Of a stretch of DNA of 64,000 nt, positions 34,295 through 44,001 are shown one piece after another; the stretch's first letter is position 1, and each line of letters starts with the position of its first letter. Made by a program: the position numbers and the translations under genes. The notes below the pieces were generated by a model. The model saw nothing but the letters and a program-made list of their open reading frames with translations, was not told the origin of the DNA and did not search any database. Source of the stretch: Patescibacteria group bacterium UBA3466. Lineage in GTDB: Bacteria; Patescibacteriota; Minisyncoccia; Phycocordibacterales; UBA918. The stretch spans positions 161,722 through 225,721 of the forward strand of contig DFRJ01000001.1 in assembly GCA_002378195.1 (NCBI GenBank), written 5' to 3'.

Positions 34295-37200
34295 ATGTCT
34301 GATATACATAAACAATCTAATATGAATAACAAGAATGATGGTCGCGTAAGCGACAAGGTAAAAGTGGTTGACGCTAAGCCTGCTTCTGAAGTGGCCAGGC
34401 GAGAAGAGGACATGCAAGCCTTTTGGGTTGAGCATGACATTTTTAATAAAACCTTAGAGACTCCAGCTGGCAATGAGCCAGACGGGGATTTTGTTTTTTA
34501 TGACGGTCCACCATTTGCCACCGGAGCACCTCACTACGGACACCTACTACAAAGCGCTCTCAAAGATGCCATTCCACGCTTTTGGACCATGAACGGCAAG
34601 CGGGTGCGTCGCCAGTGGGGGTGGGATTGTCACGGATTGCCGGTTGAGAATTTGATTGAAAAGAAATTGGGACTAGCCACCAAGAAGGATATTGAAGATT
34701 TTGGAGTAAAAAACTTTAACGAAGAAGCGCGTAATACCGTCATGGAGTACGCTGATGATTGGCGACAAATCGTGCCGCGCATGGGTCGGTTTGTTGATAT
34801 GGAAAATGACTACAAGACCATGGACAGTACCTACACCGAAAGTGTGTGGTGGGTGTTTAAGTCACTACATGAAAAAGGTTTGGTGTATGAAGGTTTTAAG
34901 ACTATGCATCTTTGTCCACGCTGTGGTACGACCTTGTCCAACTTCGAGGTGAATCAGGGTTATAAGGACATCAAGGATTTATCGGTGTTTGTTGAGTTGC
35001 CACTAATAGATGAAGCGGCTTCGCTGATAGTCTGGACGACTACTCCGTGGACTCTGCCGGGCAACATCGCCGCTGCAGTACATAAAGACATTGAGTATGC
35101 TCGAGTTAAGCTGACCGAAGATGATGGGGAAAAGACCGTGATCTTAGCCAAGGATCGGATTGAAGCTGTGCTTGGACAAAAGACTTTTGAAATCATCGGC
35201 ACTTACCAAGGGTCTGAACTGATCGGCAAGCAGTATCAGCCACCTTTTGATTATCATCAAAAGGAAGAGTTTGACGGAAAAGAAAATTGCTGGACGATTT
35301 ACCACGCCGATTATGTTGAGGTCGGTGAAGAAGGTAGTGGTATTGTGCACATTGCAGCTGCGTATGGAGAAGATGACATGAATTTGGCCAAAGAGAATGG
35401 GGTGCCAATCCGGCACCATGTCAATGAATCCGGCCATTTTATGGATTTTGTTACTGACTTTGCAGGTCTGCTGGTAAAGCCAAAAGATGACAAGACAGCC
35501 GATATCAATCATATGGACACCGATATCGAGATCATTCGCGCTTTGGCACAAAAAGGTGTGTTATTTGGTAAGGAAAAAATTACTCACAGCTATCCGCATT
35601 GTTGGCGTTGTGAGACACCGCTTCTGAATTACGCCACCACCTCTTGGTTTGTTGAAGTGACCAAGTTACGCAGTGAGTTATTGGCTGCAAACGCCGAGGT
35701 AGATTGGGTGCCAGAACATGTAGGGAAGAATCGCTTTGGAAAGTGGCTTGAGGGTGCGCGCGACTGGGCAGTGTCACGACAGCGTTATTGGGGAGCACCT
35801 TTACCGATCTGGAAAAATCCGGACACAAACGAGGTGCATGTCATTGGTGGGCTCGAAGAGCTAAAGAAATTAGTGAAAACTAGTGGCAATCAGTATGTAC
35901 TAATGCGCCACGGTGAGAGTGAAAGTAATATCAAAGGTATCATTAGCTGCAACAAAGCAAATGTTGACGGACTGACTGATAAAGGTAAAGAGCAGGCGAC
36001 AACGTCAGCTGCAAAGCTAGAAGATATCGATGTGATTATTCATTCAGGCTTCCAGCGCACCAAAGAGACGGCTGAAATTGTGGCCGCCCGTTTTCCTGGC
36101 GTCGAACTAATTGAAGATGATCGGATTCGTGAACTTGACCTGAGTGATGATTTTGAAGGTCAGACTTGGAAAGAGTACAACGCCAGCTTTGGTACTTGGG
36201 AAGAAAAGTTTAAAAAAGAATTGGTTGGTTCCGAAAACCGCCTAGACGTACAAAAGCGTATGGGAGAGTTCTTGTACGATCTGGATAAGCGCTATGCCGA
36301 CAAGAAGATTTTGATTGTCAGTCACGCCGGCCCATTGTTTGCTCTTGAGTGTGCAATTGACGGCTTGAATATCGAACAGTCAAAAAGCTACTTCGCTGAC
36401 GGAGCGGCCTACTTCAACAACGCTGAAGTGCGCACGCCAGATTTTTGTCCACTACCGCATAATGATAATTATGAACTTGATTTCCATCGTCCATACATAG
36501 ATGAGGTGGAATTATATGATGGGGGAGTGCGACTTTTGCGCGTACCGGATGTGTTTGATTGTTGGTTTGAATCTGGCTCAATGCCGTACGCTCAAAATCA
36601 CTATCCATTCTCGTGTGATCAAGAGGTGTTCCTGCAGCAACGATTCCCAGCGCAGTTTATTGGCGAAGGTTTAGATCAGACTCGTGGTTGGTTCTATTCA
36701 ATGATTGTGCTGGGAGTGGCTTTGTTCGGTAAGTCACCGTATGAAAACGTCGTAACAAATGGCTTGGTGCTGGCTGAAGATGGCCGGAAGATGAGTAAAT
36801 CATTACAGAATTATCCTGATCCAGTCGAGCTGATCAGTCAGGTGGGTGCCGATACCATTCGCTTTTATCTCCTGTCATCGTCATTGATAAGAGGGGAAGA
36901 TGTAAACTTTTCTGAGAAGGAGGTGCAAGAATTACAAAGAAAGAATATTGGTCGACTACACAATGTGCTGGTGATGTACCAGATGTTTGCGGATGGCACT
37001 GAGGCGGCCGACAATTCAGACCATGTGCTAGACCGATGGGTGGTAGCTCGCCTGAATCAATTGGTTGCTGAAGTGACAGCAGGTTATGAAAATTATGAGC
37101 TCGATAAAGCCACTCGACCAATTACTGATTTTATTGATGACCTGTCAGTATGGTACTTGCGTCGTAGTCGCGATCGTCTTAAAAGTGATGATGAGAAAGA

Positions 37201-37834
37201 CAAGGCTTTGGCACTTAGCACCTTGCGCTATGTGCTACAAAATCTTGCTTTAGTGATGGCTCCAGTGATGCCGTTTTACGCAGAATTTCTGTGGCAAGCG
37301 GTTAAAGAAGAAACTGAGGCTGAAAGCGTGCACTTAGGTCGGTGGCCAAAAACGACGAAGATTGATGAGTCGGTGGTGGTTGATATGTTGGCGACCAGAA
37401 CTATCGTAACCGAGGCGCTAGAGGCGCGGACTACGGCTGGGATTAAGGTGCGTCAACCAATTCAGGCTGTTTTCGGCCCGAAACTAGCAGCTGAGCTGTC
37501 AGCTATAGTGGTTGAAGAACTTAATGCCAAAGAGTACCAAGAGGCCGAGACTGTAAAGATTGATACTGAGCTGACCGCGGAGCTTTTGTCTGAAGGAGCG
37601 GTGCGAGAACTCATGCGAGCGGTGCAGGGAAATAGAAAGCAGGCCGGGCTGCAGCCAGACGACGAAATTACCCTCACTATCCAAGCAGATGAAGCTAGCA
37701 AACAGGCGGTGGAGACCCACGAGGAGCTTTTGGTAAGAACAGTAGGAGCAAGCGAGCTAGCATTTGCTGAGGTTACTGGGGAAGAGGTGCAAGCTGGAGA
37801 TTATAAGTTTGTCTTTACCATTAAGACTGCCTAG
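34295..37834 (+). CDS. ileS: Isoleucyl-tRNA synthetase carrying an inserted histidine-phosphatase (phosphoglycerate-mutase-like) domain
   Basis: HIGH (PFATGAPHYGHLL), editing-domain TTPWTLPGN and KMSKS motifs are all present. Between IWKNPDTNEVHVIGG and DFHRPYIDEV lies a ~200-aa block with the histidine-phosphatase motifs LMRHGESESN and ILIVSHAGP. Confidence 0.85.
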   Translation: MSDIHKQSNMNNKNDGRVSDKVKVVDAKPASEVARREEDMQAFWVEHDIFNKTLETPAGNEPDGDFVFYDGPPFATGAPHYGHLLQSALKDAIPRFWTMNGKRVRRQWGWDCHGLPVENLIEKKLGLATKKDIEDFGVKNFNEEARNTVMEYADDWRQIVPRMGRFVDMENDYKTMDSTYTESVWWVFKSLHEKGLVYEGFKTMHLCPRCGTTLSNFEVNQGYKDIKDLSVFVELPLIDEAASLIVWTTTPWTLPGNIAAAVHKDIEYARVKLTEDDGEKTVILAKDRIEAVLGQKTFEIIGTYQGSELIGKQYQPPFDYHQKEEFDGKENCWTIYHADYVEVGEEGSGIVHIAAAYGEDDMNLAKENGVPIRHHVNESGHFMDFVTDFAGLLVKPKDDKTADINHMDTDIEIIRALAQKGVLFGKEKITHSYPHCWRCETPLLNYATTSWFVEVTKLRSELLAANAEVDWVPEHVGKNRFGKWLEGARDWAVSRQRYWGAPLPIWKNPDTNEVHVIGGLEELKKLVKTSGNQYVLMRHGESESNIKGIISCNKANVDGLTDKGKEQATTSAAKLEDIDVIIHSGFQRTKETAEIVAARFPGVELIEDDRIRELDLSDDFEGQTWKEYNASFGTWEEKFKKELVGSENRLDVQKRMGEFLYDLDKRYADKKILIVSHAGPLFALECAIDGLNIEQSKSYFADGAAYFNNAEVRTPDFCPLPHNDNYELDFHRPYIDEVELYDGGVRLLRVPDVFDCWFESGSMPYAQNHYPFSCDQEVFLQQRFPAQFIGEGLDQTRGWFYSMIVLGVALFGKSPYENVVTNGLVLAEDGRKMSKSLQNYPDPVELISQVGADTIRFYLLSSSLIRGEDVNFSEKEVQELQRKNIGRLHNVLVMYQMFADGTEAADNSDHVLDRWVVARLNQLVAEVTAGYENYELDKATRPITDFIDDLSVWYLRRSRDRLKSDDEKDKALALSTLRYVLQNLALVMAPVMPFYAEFLWQAVKEETEAESVHLGRWPKTTKIDESVVVDMLATRTIVTEALEARTTAGIKVRQPIQAVFGPKLAAELSAIVVEELNAKEYQEAETVKIDTELTAELLSEGAVRELMRAVQGNRKQAGLQPDDEITLTIQADEASKQAVETHEELLVRTVGASELAFAEVTGEEVQAGDYKFVFTIKTA

Positions 37835-38410
37835 ATGGCCTATACTACGTACACCACAGAGGCGTTAGTGTGCGGAACTTTTGTTAGAAACACCGCCGAT
37901 GCTTCTTACTTATTGTTTACTAGAGAAGCGGGGATGTTGTACGCTGACGCGCGAAGCGTTCGTGAAGAACGCTCGCGTCAGCGCTACGCATTACAAGATT
38001 TTTCCTTACTCAGGGTGTCTTTGGTAAAAGGAAAAGGTGGTTGGAAAATCGGCAGTATTGAATCAATCAGAAATTATTATCAGCAAGCAAACAGCAAGTC
38101 AGCACGCGGTAGCGTAGTGTCGGTAGTACGCCTTTTGCGTCGCTTTCTGAAAGGGGAGGAGGTGATGACTGGTCTATTTGATTTGGCTAAAGATGGACTT
38201 GAAACATTACTCAAAGAAACAACAGAGCGCGCCTTCATTGAAGAGGTGGTTAAGCTCCGCATGCTGGCACTGCTTGGTTATGTAGATCGTAATAAAATAC
38301 CCGCCGAACTGACGGGTGAATGTAGCAATATTGCGGCTCACTATGATGACAAGTTAGAAAAAGCTATTAGCCAACTTTATGCCCACGCTGTGGATGTCAG
38401 CCATCTGTAG
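37835..38410 (+). CDS. recO: DNA repair protein RecO (short form)
   Basis: N-terminal OB-fold pattern TEALVCGTFVRNTADASYLLFTREAGMLYADARSVRE and the later LRMLALLGY helix resemble RecO; start overlaps the ileS stop. Confidence 0.55.
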   Translation: MAYTTYTTEALVCGTFVRNTADASYLLFTREAGMLYADARSVREERSRQRYALQDFSLLRVSLVKGKGGWKIGSIESIRNYYQQANSKSARGSVVSVVRLLRRFLKGEEVMTGLFDLAKDGLETLLKETTERAFIEEVVKLRMLALLGYVDRNKIPAELTGECSNIAAHYDDKLEKAISQLYAHAVDVSHL

Positions 38411-38437
38411 CTACAGTGGTATAATTATGGCCAAGAT

Positions 38438-40357
38438 ATGAAGCCGTTGAAAACCCAAAAGGAAATCGATGAGATGCGCCGCCGTCTATACGACCGCGGC
38501 CCGGCTTTGCGTGAGAGTGAGCGTCATAGGCTTACCGATATAAAAGTAGATGTATCAAAAGACTGGGAGAATAAACCTACTGCAGAACCAGCCCCTACCG
38601 AACCGGAAGAGCCTGAAGTCGTGGATGAGGCTGATGTCTTAGATCAAGACACATCAGAACCTGCCAGAAAATATCGCACAATTGTTTTAGTGGCGAGTAT
38701 TTTCTTATTTATTTGTGTGGCCACATTTTCCATTGTGACCTTGTTCCAAGGCAACAATCAAATTTCAAGTGAAAACATTAATTTGAATATTGAAGCACCG
38801 TCATTTATTGGTGGAGGAGAGATGTTGTCTATGCAAATTGAAGTCGATAACCAAAACGCAGTGGCGATTGAGTCAGCGACCTTGATAGTGAAATATCCTC
38901 CTGGTACCAGATCAGTCGAAGACAACCCGCGCAATTTATTTGAGGAGCGTATACCGATTAGTGACCTCTCTCCTGGTGAGACGGTGAATGTGCCAGTTAG
39001 CGTGACTATTTTTGGCGATGAGAATGATGAGAAAAAGATAGAAGCTACGTTGGAGTATCGAGTGGAAGGTTCTAATAGTATGTTTTACAAAGAATCTGCA
39101 CCACTGGCACTTAGGATTAGTTCGTCACCGTTGGTGCTACGGATTGATAATGTAGAGAAGGTGGCGTCTGGGCAATTGGTGCAGGTTAAGGTCACAGCGG
39201 TATCAAATGCTTCTGAGCCGCTTTCAGACATTTTGATTGCTGCATCTTATCCGAATGGTTTTGATTTTGAGACAGCAGACCCGGAGCCAGTTTTTGCACA
39301 AAATGTCTGGCGCATTGAAGAAATTTTGCCTGACGAAGAATTTTCTATTGAAATCGAAGGTGTTATTAGCGGATTGACTGAGGAAGAGCTAAGTCTTAAT
39401 TTCGTGGCCGGTCCGCCAGATACTGACAATCAGTTCATCGTTGGGGCCAGCTTGGCCGAAGGCGCATCCGACTTTTTGATTGAGCGACCTTTTATTAATT
39501 TAGATATTGCGATTAATGATGATAAAAGTCGATCAGTAGTCTTAAGTCAGGGCGAAGAGGCAAAAGTGGTGGTGGATATAACCAATACCTTAGATGAGAC
39601 AGTTTATGATTTGGTGGTGGAAGTAGAGCCAGGAGGGAATGCATTAAATGAAGATTCAATTATTAGCGGCCAGGGATTTTATGATTCCAACCGCGGAGTG
39701 GTGCGTTGGGAGGTTTCTAATAATGAGGACTTTGAGCGCATCTTCCCAGGTGATACCCGTCAAATTAATTTTGATATAAAACCAAACAATAACCCAAGTA
39801 CCGCCTCGTTCGATATTGTGATCAATGTCTACGCTAGGCGAGTGGCCGAAGAAAGTGCCCAAGAAACTTTGATCGGGACAACTCGAGCAGAAGCCAAGTA
39901 TTCAGCTACCGTTGGTCTTGGAAATCAGGCTAGTTTGATTAGTGGGCCAGTGCCGCCAAGGGTGGGAGAAATGACTAGCTACAATATAACTTTGGTGGCT
40001 GAGGCGGGCGCCAATGATCTGACCGACACTATTGTTGAGTCGAGCTTGCCGGTCTATGTTGAATGGGCCAATTCTTTTGAAGCTGATGGAGCAGTGACTT
40101 TCAATTCAGTATCGAAAAAACTAGAGTGGTTGGCCGGTAATATCGATGCCGGGGAAAGAAAGACTATGAATGTTCAACTTGACATTGTGCCGAGCCGCTC
40201 TCAAGAGGGTGATCGACCGGTCTTGATAAATTCACAAACAGTGCGAGCCAACGACCGCTTCACTGGGGCGCTGTTGCAAGATAGGGCAGAAGCTGTTACA
40301 ACTGAACTCTCAAGAGAAATGGGCTATGACGAAGGAAACGGAACAGTAGCAGACTAA
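38438..40357 (+). CDS. Membrane-anchored large surface protein with tandem beta-sandwich (DUF11/CARDB-like) repeats
   Basis: Basic N-terminus, single TM helix (IVLVASIFLFICVATFSIV), then repetitive V/T/E-rich segments typical of conserved-repeat-domain proteins. Confidence 0.45.
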   Translation: MKPLKTQKEIDEMRRRLYDRGPALRESERHRLTDIKVDVSKDWENKPTAEPAPTEPEEPEVVDEADVLDQDTSEPARKYRTIVLVASIFLFICVATFSIVTLFQGNNQISSENINLNIEAPSFIGGGEMLSMQIEVDNQNAVAIESATLIVKYPPGTRSVEDNPRNLFEERIPISDLSPGETVNVPVSVTIFGDENDEKKIEATLEYRVEGSNSMFYKESAPLALRISSSPLVLRIDNVEKVASGQLVQVKVTAVSNASEPLSDILIAASYPNGFDFETADPEPVFAQNVWRIEEILPDEEFSIEIEGVISGLTEEELSLNFVAGPPDTDNQFIVGASLAEGASDFLIERPFINLDIAINDDKSRSVVLSQGEEAKVVVDITNTLDETVYDLVVEVEPGGNALNEDSIISGQGFYDSNRGVVRWEVSNNEDFERIFPGDTRQINFDIKPNNNPSTASFDIVINVYARRVAEESAQETLIGTTRAEAKYSATVGLGNQASLISGPVPPRVGEMTSYNITLVAEAGANDLTDTIVESSLPVYVEWANSFEADGAVTFNSVSKKLEWLAGNIDAGERKTMNVQLDIVPSRSQEGDRPVLINSQTVRANDRFTGALLQDRAEAVTTELSREMGYDEGNGTVAD

Positions 40358-40373
40358 TATTTTAATCAGGATA

Positions 40374-41759
40374 ATGAACGAAAAAGAAAACAACAAAATG
40401 GACAAAATTGTCAGTCTCTGTAAGCGACGGGGTTTTGTATTTCAAGGTAGTGAAATTTACGGTGGACTACGAGGAACTTGGGACTTGGGCCCATTGGGGG
40501 TAGCTCTCAATAACAATCTCAAGCGCGAGTGGTGGAAGATGTTTGTCGATGGGCGAGAGGATATGTATGGTCTTGATGCGTCTATTTTGATGAATGGAAA
40601 AGTTTGGGATGCTTCTGGTCACACTGGCGCCGGCTTTTGTGATCCTTTGGTAGAAGATACTGAAACCGGAGAACGTTATCGAGCAGACCACTTACTTAAA
40701 GACGCTGGACATGAAGCCGACGGCTTAAGTCTCGAAGAGATAGATGCAATTATTGTTGATAATAAAATTGTAAGTCCCAATGGTAATCCACTTTCTCCTG
40801 CCAGACAGTTTAATTTAATGTTTGAGAGTCGTATTGGAGCCACTGCCGGAGACGAAGGACGGGTCTACCTACGGCCAGAAACAGCCCAAGGTATTTTTGT
40901 TAATTTCAAGAATGTTGTCGATACGATGTCACCAAAAATGCCTTTTGGTATTGCTCAGATCGGTAAAGCTTTTCGCAATGAAATTGCTCCTCGGGAATTT
41001 TTGTTTCGGGTGCGTGAGTTTGAACAGATGGAGATTGAGTATTTTATTAAGGAGGCAGCCTGGAAAGATGAGTTTGAAAAACTGAGAGGAGACATCAAAA
41101 AGTGGCACACTCATTTAGGTTTGTCTGAAGATAATATTCGTGAATACGAGGTGCCTGATAACGATCTTGCACATTACTCAAAACGGACAATTGATTTTGA
41201 ATACAATTACCCAGGTAAAGGCTTTGATGAGCTTTGTGGTTTTGCTTACAGAACTGACCATGATCTTAAAAATCATATGGAAGCCAGTGGAGTATCAATG
41301 GAATACATTGAACCCGATGGCAGTCGTTATGTGCCACACGTACTCGAACCATCATTTGGAATTGGCCGTGCTATCACTGCTGTACTTTGTGAAGCCTACA
41401 CTGAAGACGAAATGAATGGAGATGTTCGTACTTATCTTAAGCTGCCTAAGCACTTGGCGCCAAACCGGGTAGCGGTATCACCACTCTTGAAGAACAAGCC
41501 AGAATTAGTCGAAAAAGCGCGAGAAGTATTTACCATGCTTAAGACTGAGTTTGGAAACGTGGCCTGGGACGATAATGGAAACGTCGGTAAGCGCTACCGT
41601 CGGCAGGATGAAATTGGTACTCCGCACTGCATCGTAATCGATTTTGATACGCTAGGACAAGAAGCGCCGGAGCACACAGATACGGTGACAGTCCGTGATC
41701 GTGATACTGGTGAACAAGAGCGTGTGGCCATTTCTGACTTGATTCAAAAACTAAAATAA
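40374..41759 (+). CDS. glyQS: Glycyl-tRNA synthetase (alpha2 dimeric type)
   Basis: RRGFVFQGSEIYGGLRGTWDLGPLG N-terminus, class II motifs 2 and 3, and a C-terminal anticodon-binding domain. Confidence 0.9.
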   Translation: MNEKENNKMDKIVSLCKRRGFVFQGSEIYGGLRGTWDLGPLGVALNNNLKREWWKMFVDGREDMYGLDASILMNGKVWDASGHTGAGFCDPLVEDTETGERYRADHLLKDAGHEADGLSLEEIDAIIVDNKIVSPNGNPLSPARQFNLMFESRIGATAGDEGRVYLRPETAQGIFVNFKNVVDTMSPKMPFGIAQIGKAFRNEIAPREFLFRVREFEQMEIEYFIKEAAWKDEFEKLRGDIKKWHTHLGLSEDNIREYEVPDNDLAHYSKRTIDFEYNYPGKGFDELCGFAYRTDHDLKNHMEASGVSMEYIEPDGSRYVPHVLEPSFGIGRAITAVLCEAYTEDEMNGDVRTYLKLPKHLAPNRVAVSPLLKNKPELVEKAREVFTMLKTEFGNVAWDDNGNVGKRYRRQDEIGTPHCIVIDFDTLGQEAPEHTDTVTVRDRDTGEQERVAISDLIQKLK

Positions 41760-41793
41760 CTTTACTCTTTTTGATCTAGGGGTTATAAGAGGG

Positions 41794-42000
41794 TTGGCCG
41801 GAGGAGGGGATTACATGAAGGTGACCTTAATTGAGAGAACTGATGACGTCAGGTTTCACTACTGCTACTTTTGTCGCCAGGCTGTGAAAGGCTATCGTCA
41901 TGTTCACTACAATACTCTGGAAAGTTTTTTGGATCATACAGAGCGTGAACGCCGGCTTAGGCGCGAGGCGGCTAGACAAGAGGGGGAGTGGTCTTCATGA
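41794..42000 (+). CDS. Small hypothetical protein with C-x2-C / H-x-H spacing (possible zinc ribbon)
   Basis: 68-aa ORF (alternative start MKVTL at 41815 preceded by ggaggagggg) with HYCYFC...HVH. Confidence 0.3.
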   Translation: MAGGGDYMKVTLIERTDDVRFHYCYFCRQAVKGYRHVHYNTLESFLDHTERERRLRREAARQEGEWSS

Positions 42001-42041
42001 CCCCTTTATTTTTATATATACACCATGGTAAGGTAATCTTC

Positions 42042-43481
42042 ATGGAAGAAAAAACACCAAAATATATCACTACTACTTTACCGTATGTAAATGCGTCACC
42101 GCATATGGGTCATGCCCTTGAGTTTGTGCAGGCGGATACCTTAGCACGATACTATCGACTGATGGGACACGAGGTGTTTTTTAATACCGGAGCTGATGAG
42201 CATGGGCAAAAAGTCGCCAAGAAAGCCGATGAAGCTGGTGTTGATAGGCAGTCATATACCGATAAGTACGCTGCTGAGTTTGATAATTTGCAGACCGCTT
42301 TTAATTTGTCCTGGACTAATTTCATTCGTACAACCAATCCTGAGCATAAGGCGGCAGCTCAGCATATCTGGAAACTATGCGAAGAGAACGGAGATATTTA
42401 TAAGAAAAAGTACCAAGGTTTGTATTGCGTGGGGTGTGAATCATTTAAAGTAGATTCTGACCTGGTGGATGGAAAGTGTCCTGAACATGGAACAGAGCCA
42501 GAAGCAATTGAAGAAGAAAACTACTTTTTCAAACTATCAAATTACCAAGATTACCTTTTGGAATATTTAAGCAATGAAGGTGTGGTGGTACCTGAATTTA
42601 GACGACAAGAAGCTCTGCGGTTTGTGGAGGGAGGTCTTGAAGATTTGAGTATTTCGCGAGAAAAATCAAGAATGGATTGGGGTGTGCCGGTGCCTGGTGA
42701 TGACGAGCATGTTATGTATGTTTGGTTTGATGCGCTGACTAACTACATCTCAACCCTCGGGTGGCCAGAAGATAAGGCCGGTCAGTTTAAGAAATTTTGG
42801 GACGATGGCAGCACGTTGCAGCTAGCCGGTAAGGACCAAATCCGCTTCCAATCGGTTATCTGGCAGGCGATGTTAAAGAGTGCCGGTATTCAGGCGACCG
42901 ATAGAGTTTTTTATCACGGTTTTATAAATAGCGACGGCCAAAAGATGAGTAAATCGATCGGGAATGTGATCGATCCGTATGAGATAGTCGATAAGTATGG
43001 TACTGATGCGGCAAGATATATTATGCTACGTCACGTCCACCCAACTGACGATTCAGATATTACTTGGGAGAAAATGGATGAGTGGTATACCGCAAACTTA
43101 GTTAATGGACTTGGTAATCTTACCGCTAGAATTATGAAAATGGCTGAGACTCATCTTGATGCACCGATTGAACGACCTGAAGCGCAAGGTTTTGCGCCAG
43201 AGTATATTGATGCTCTAGACTGCTACAATTTCCAAGGAGCGATGGATTTTGTCTGGGGCAAGGTGCAAGCACTAGATGAAAAAATCACCGAGACCGAACC
43301 TTTTAAATTGGTAAAGGAGGACAAAGAAGCGGCGGTAGCGATTATTAAAGAGCTACTCCATGAGCTATATATTATTGGTCGAATGTTGAACCCAGTCCTT
43401 CCTGAGGCGAATGTAATTCTAAAACAGGCGATACTAGAAAACAAAAAGCCAGACAATCTCTTTAATCGCCTAGAGTCTTAA
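42042..43481 (+). CDS. metG: Methionyl-tRNA synthetase
   Basis: PYVNASPHMGHA (HIGH-type) and KMSKSIGN motifs; start set at MEEKTPKY. The listed ORF begins at 41988. Confidence 0.9.
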   Translation: MEEKTPKYITTTLPYVNASPHMGHALEFVQADTLARYYRLMGHEVFFNTGADEHGQKVAKKADEAGVDRQSYTDKYAAEFDNLQTAFNLSWTNFIRTTNPEHKAAAQHIWKLCEENGDIYKKKYQGLYCVGCESFKVDSDLVDGKCPEHGTEPEAIEEENYFFKLSNYQDYLLEYLSNEGVVVPEFRRQEALRFVEGGLEDLSISREKSRMDWGVPVPGDDEHVMYVWFDALTNYISTLGWPEDKAGQFKKFWDDGSTLQLAGKDQIRFQSVIWQAMLKSAGIQATDRVFYHGFINSDGQKMSKSIGNVIDPYEIVDKYGTDAARYIMLRHVHPTDDSDITWEKMDEWYTANLVNGLGNLTARIMKMAETHLDAPIERPEAQGFAPEYIDALDCYNFQGAMDFVWGKVQALDEKITETEPFKLVKEDKEAAVAIIKELLHELYIIGRMLNPVLPEANVILKQAILENKKPDNLFNRLES

Positions 43482-43503
43482 ACAAATAACCCCAAGCAAG
43501 GGG

Positions 43504-43908
43504 TTATTTTTTGAGTAATTTCCAACGATCTGGTCCAGCGTAGCGGGGTAGTCCTATGTGAATCACATCGACCAAAGTATTAACAAAATCTACATAATCT
43601 GCCTTGTTTTTCTTTAGTCCAGATAAAACGGGTCTATAGCTACCAAAATTATAAGTCTCCCTAAGACGAGCAACGGTAGAGCTGCTTACACGCAAGGTTT
43701 TGCTGATAGCATAATCGGTATGACCTTCATCAATGAGGACGATGATGGCTAAGCGCTTGGCGAGCATAATTTGCTCAGTTGGAGTTAGGATACTCTCTAA
43801 AAATGGATCAGCCTTCGAGGCGCTTAAGCGACCGATCGTCTCTCCTAGCTGGTTCCAGATTTCTTTAGCCACCAACTTATCTAATTTTTGATTTGAAACT
43901 CTTGTCAT
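43504..43908 (-). CDS. TrpR/YerC/YecD-family helix-turn-helix protein
   Basis: LTPTEQIMLAKRLAIIVLIDEGHTDYAISKTLRVSSSTVARL matches the Trp-repressor-like YerC/YecD family. Confidence 0.7.
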   Translation of the reverse strand: MTRVSNQKLDKLVAKEIWNQLGETIGRLSASKADPFLESILTPTEQIMLAKRLAIIVLIDEGHTDYAISKTLRVSSSTVARLRETYNFGSYRPVLSGLKKNKADYVDFVNTLVDVIHIGLPRYAGPDRWKLLKK

Positions 43909-43954
43909 AACCTATCTATTAATCGTTATAATTATACCGATTAATCGATAGGTT
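43909..43954. promoter_or_regulatory. Imperfect inverted repeat (17-bp arms, 16/17 match, 12-nt AT-rich spacer) directly upstream of the TrpR-like gene; candidate autoregulatory operator
   Basis: aacctatctattaatcg-ttataattatac-cgattaatcgataggtt. Confidence 0.55.
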
Positions 43955-44001
43955 ACAAGGGGTTGTGTGGAGGATTGGGGGAGTGGTAGGATAGGAGAAC
44001 T

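Noticed and set aside
35860-36480. Intein within ileS
   Set aside because: The insert has RHG/SHAG histidine-phosphatase motifs and lacks the N-terminal Cys/Ser, block B TxxH and C-terminal HN splice motifs of inteins.
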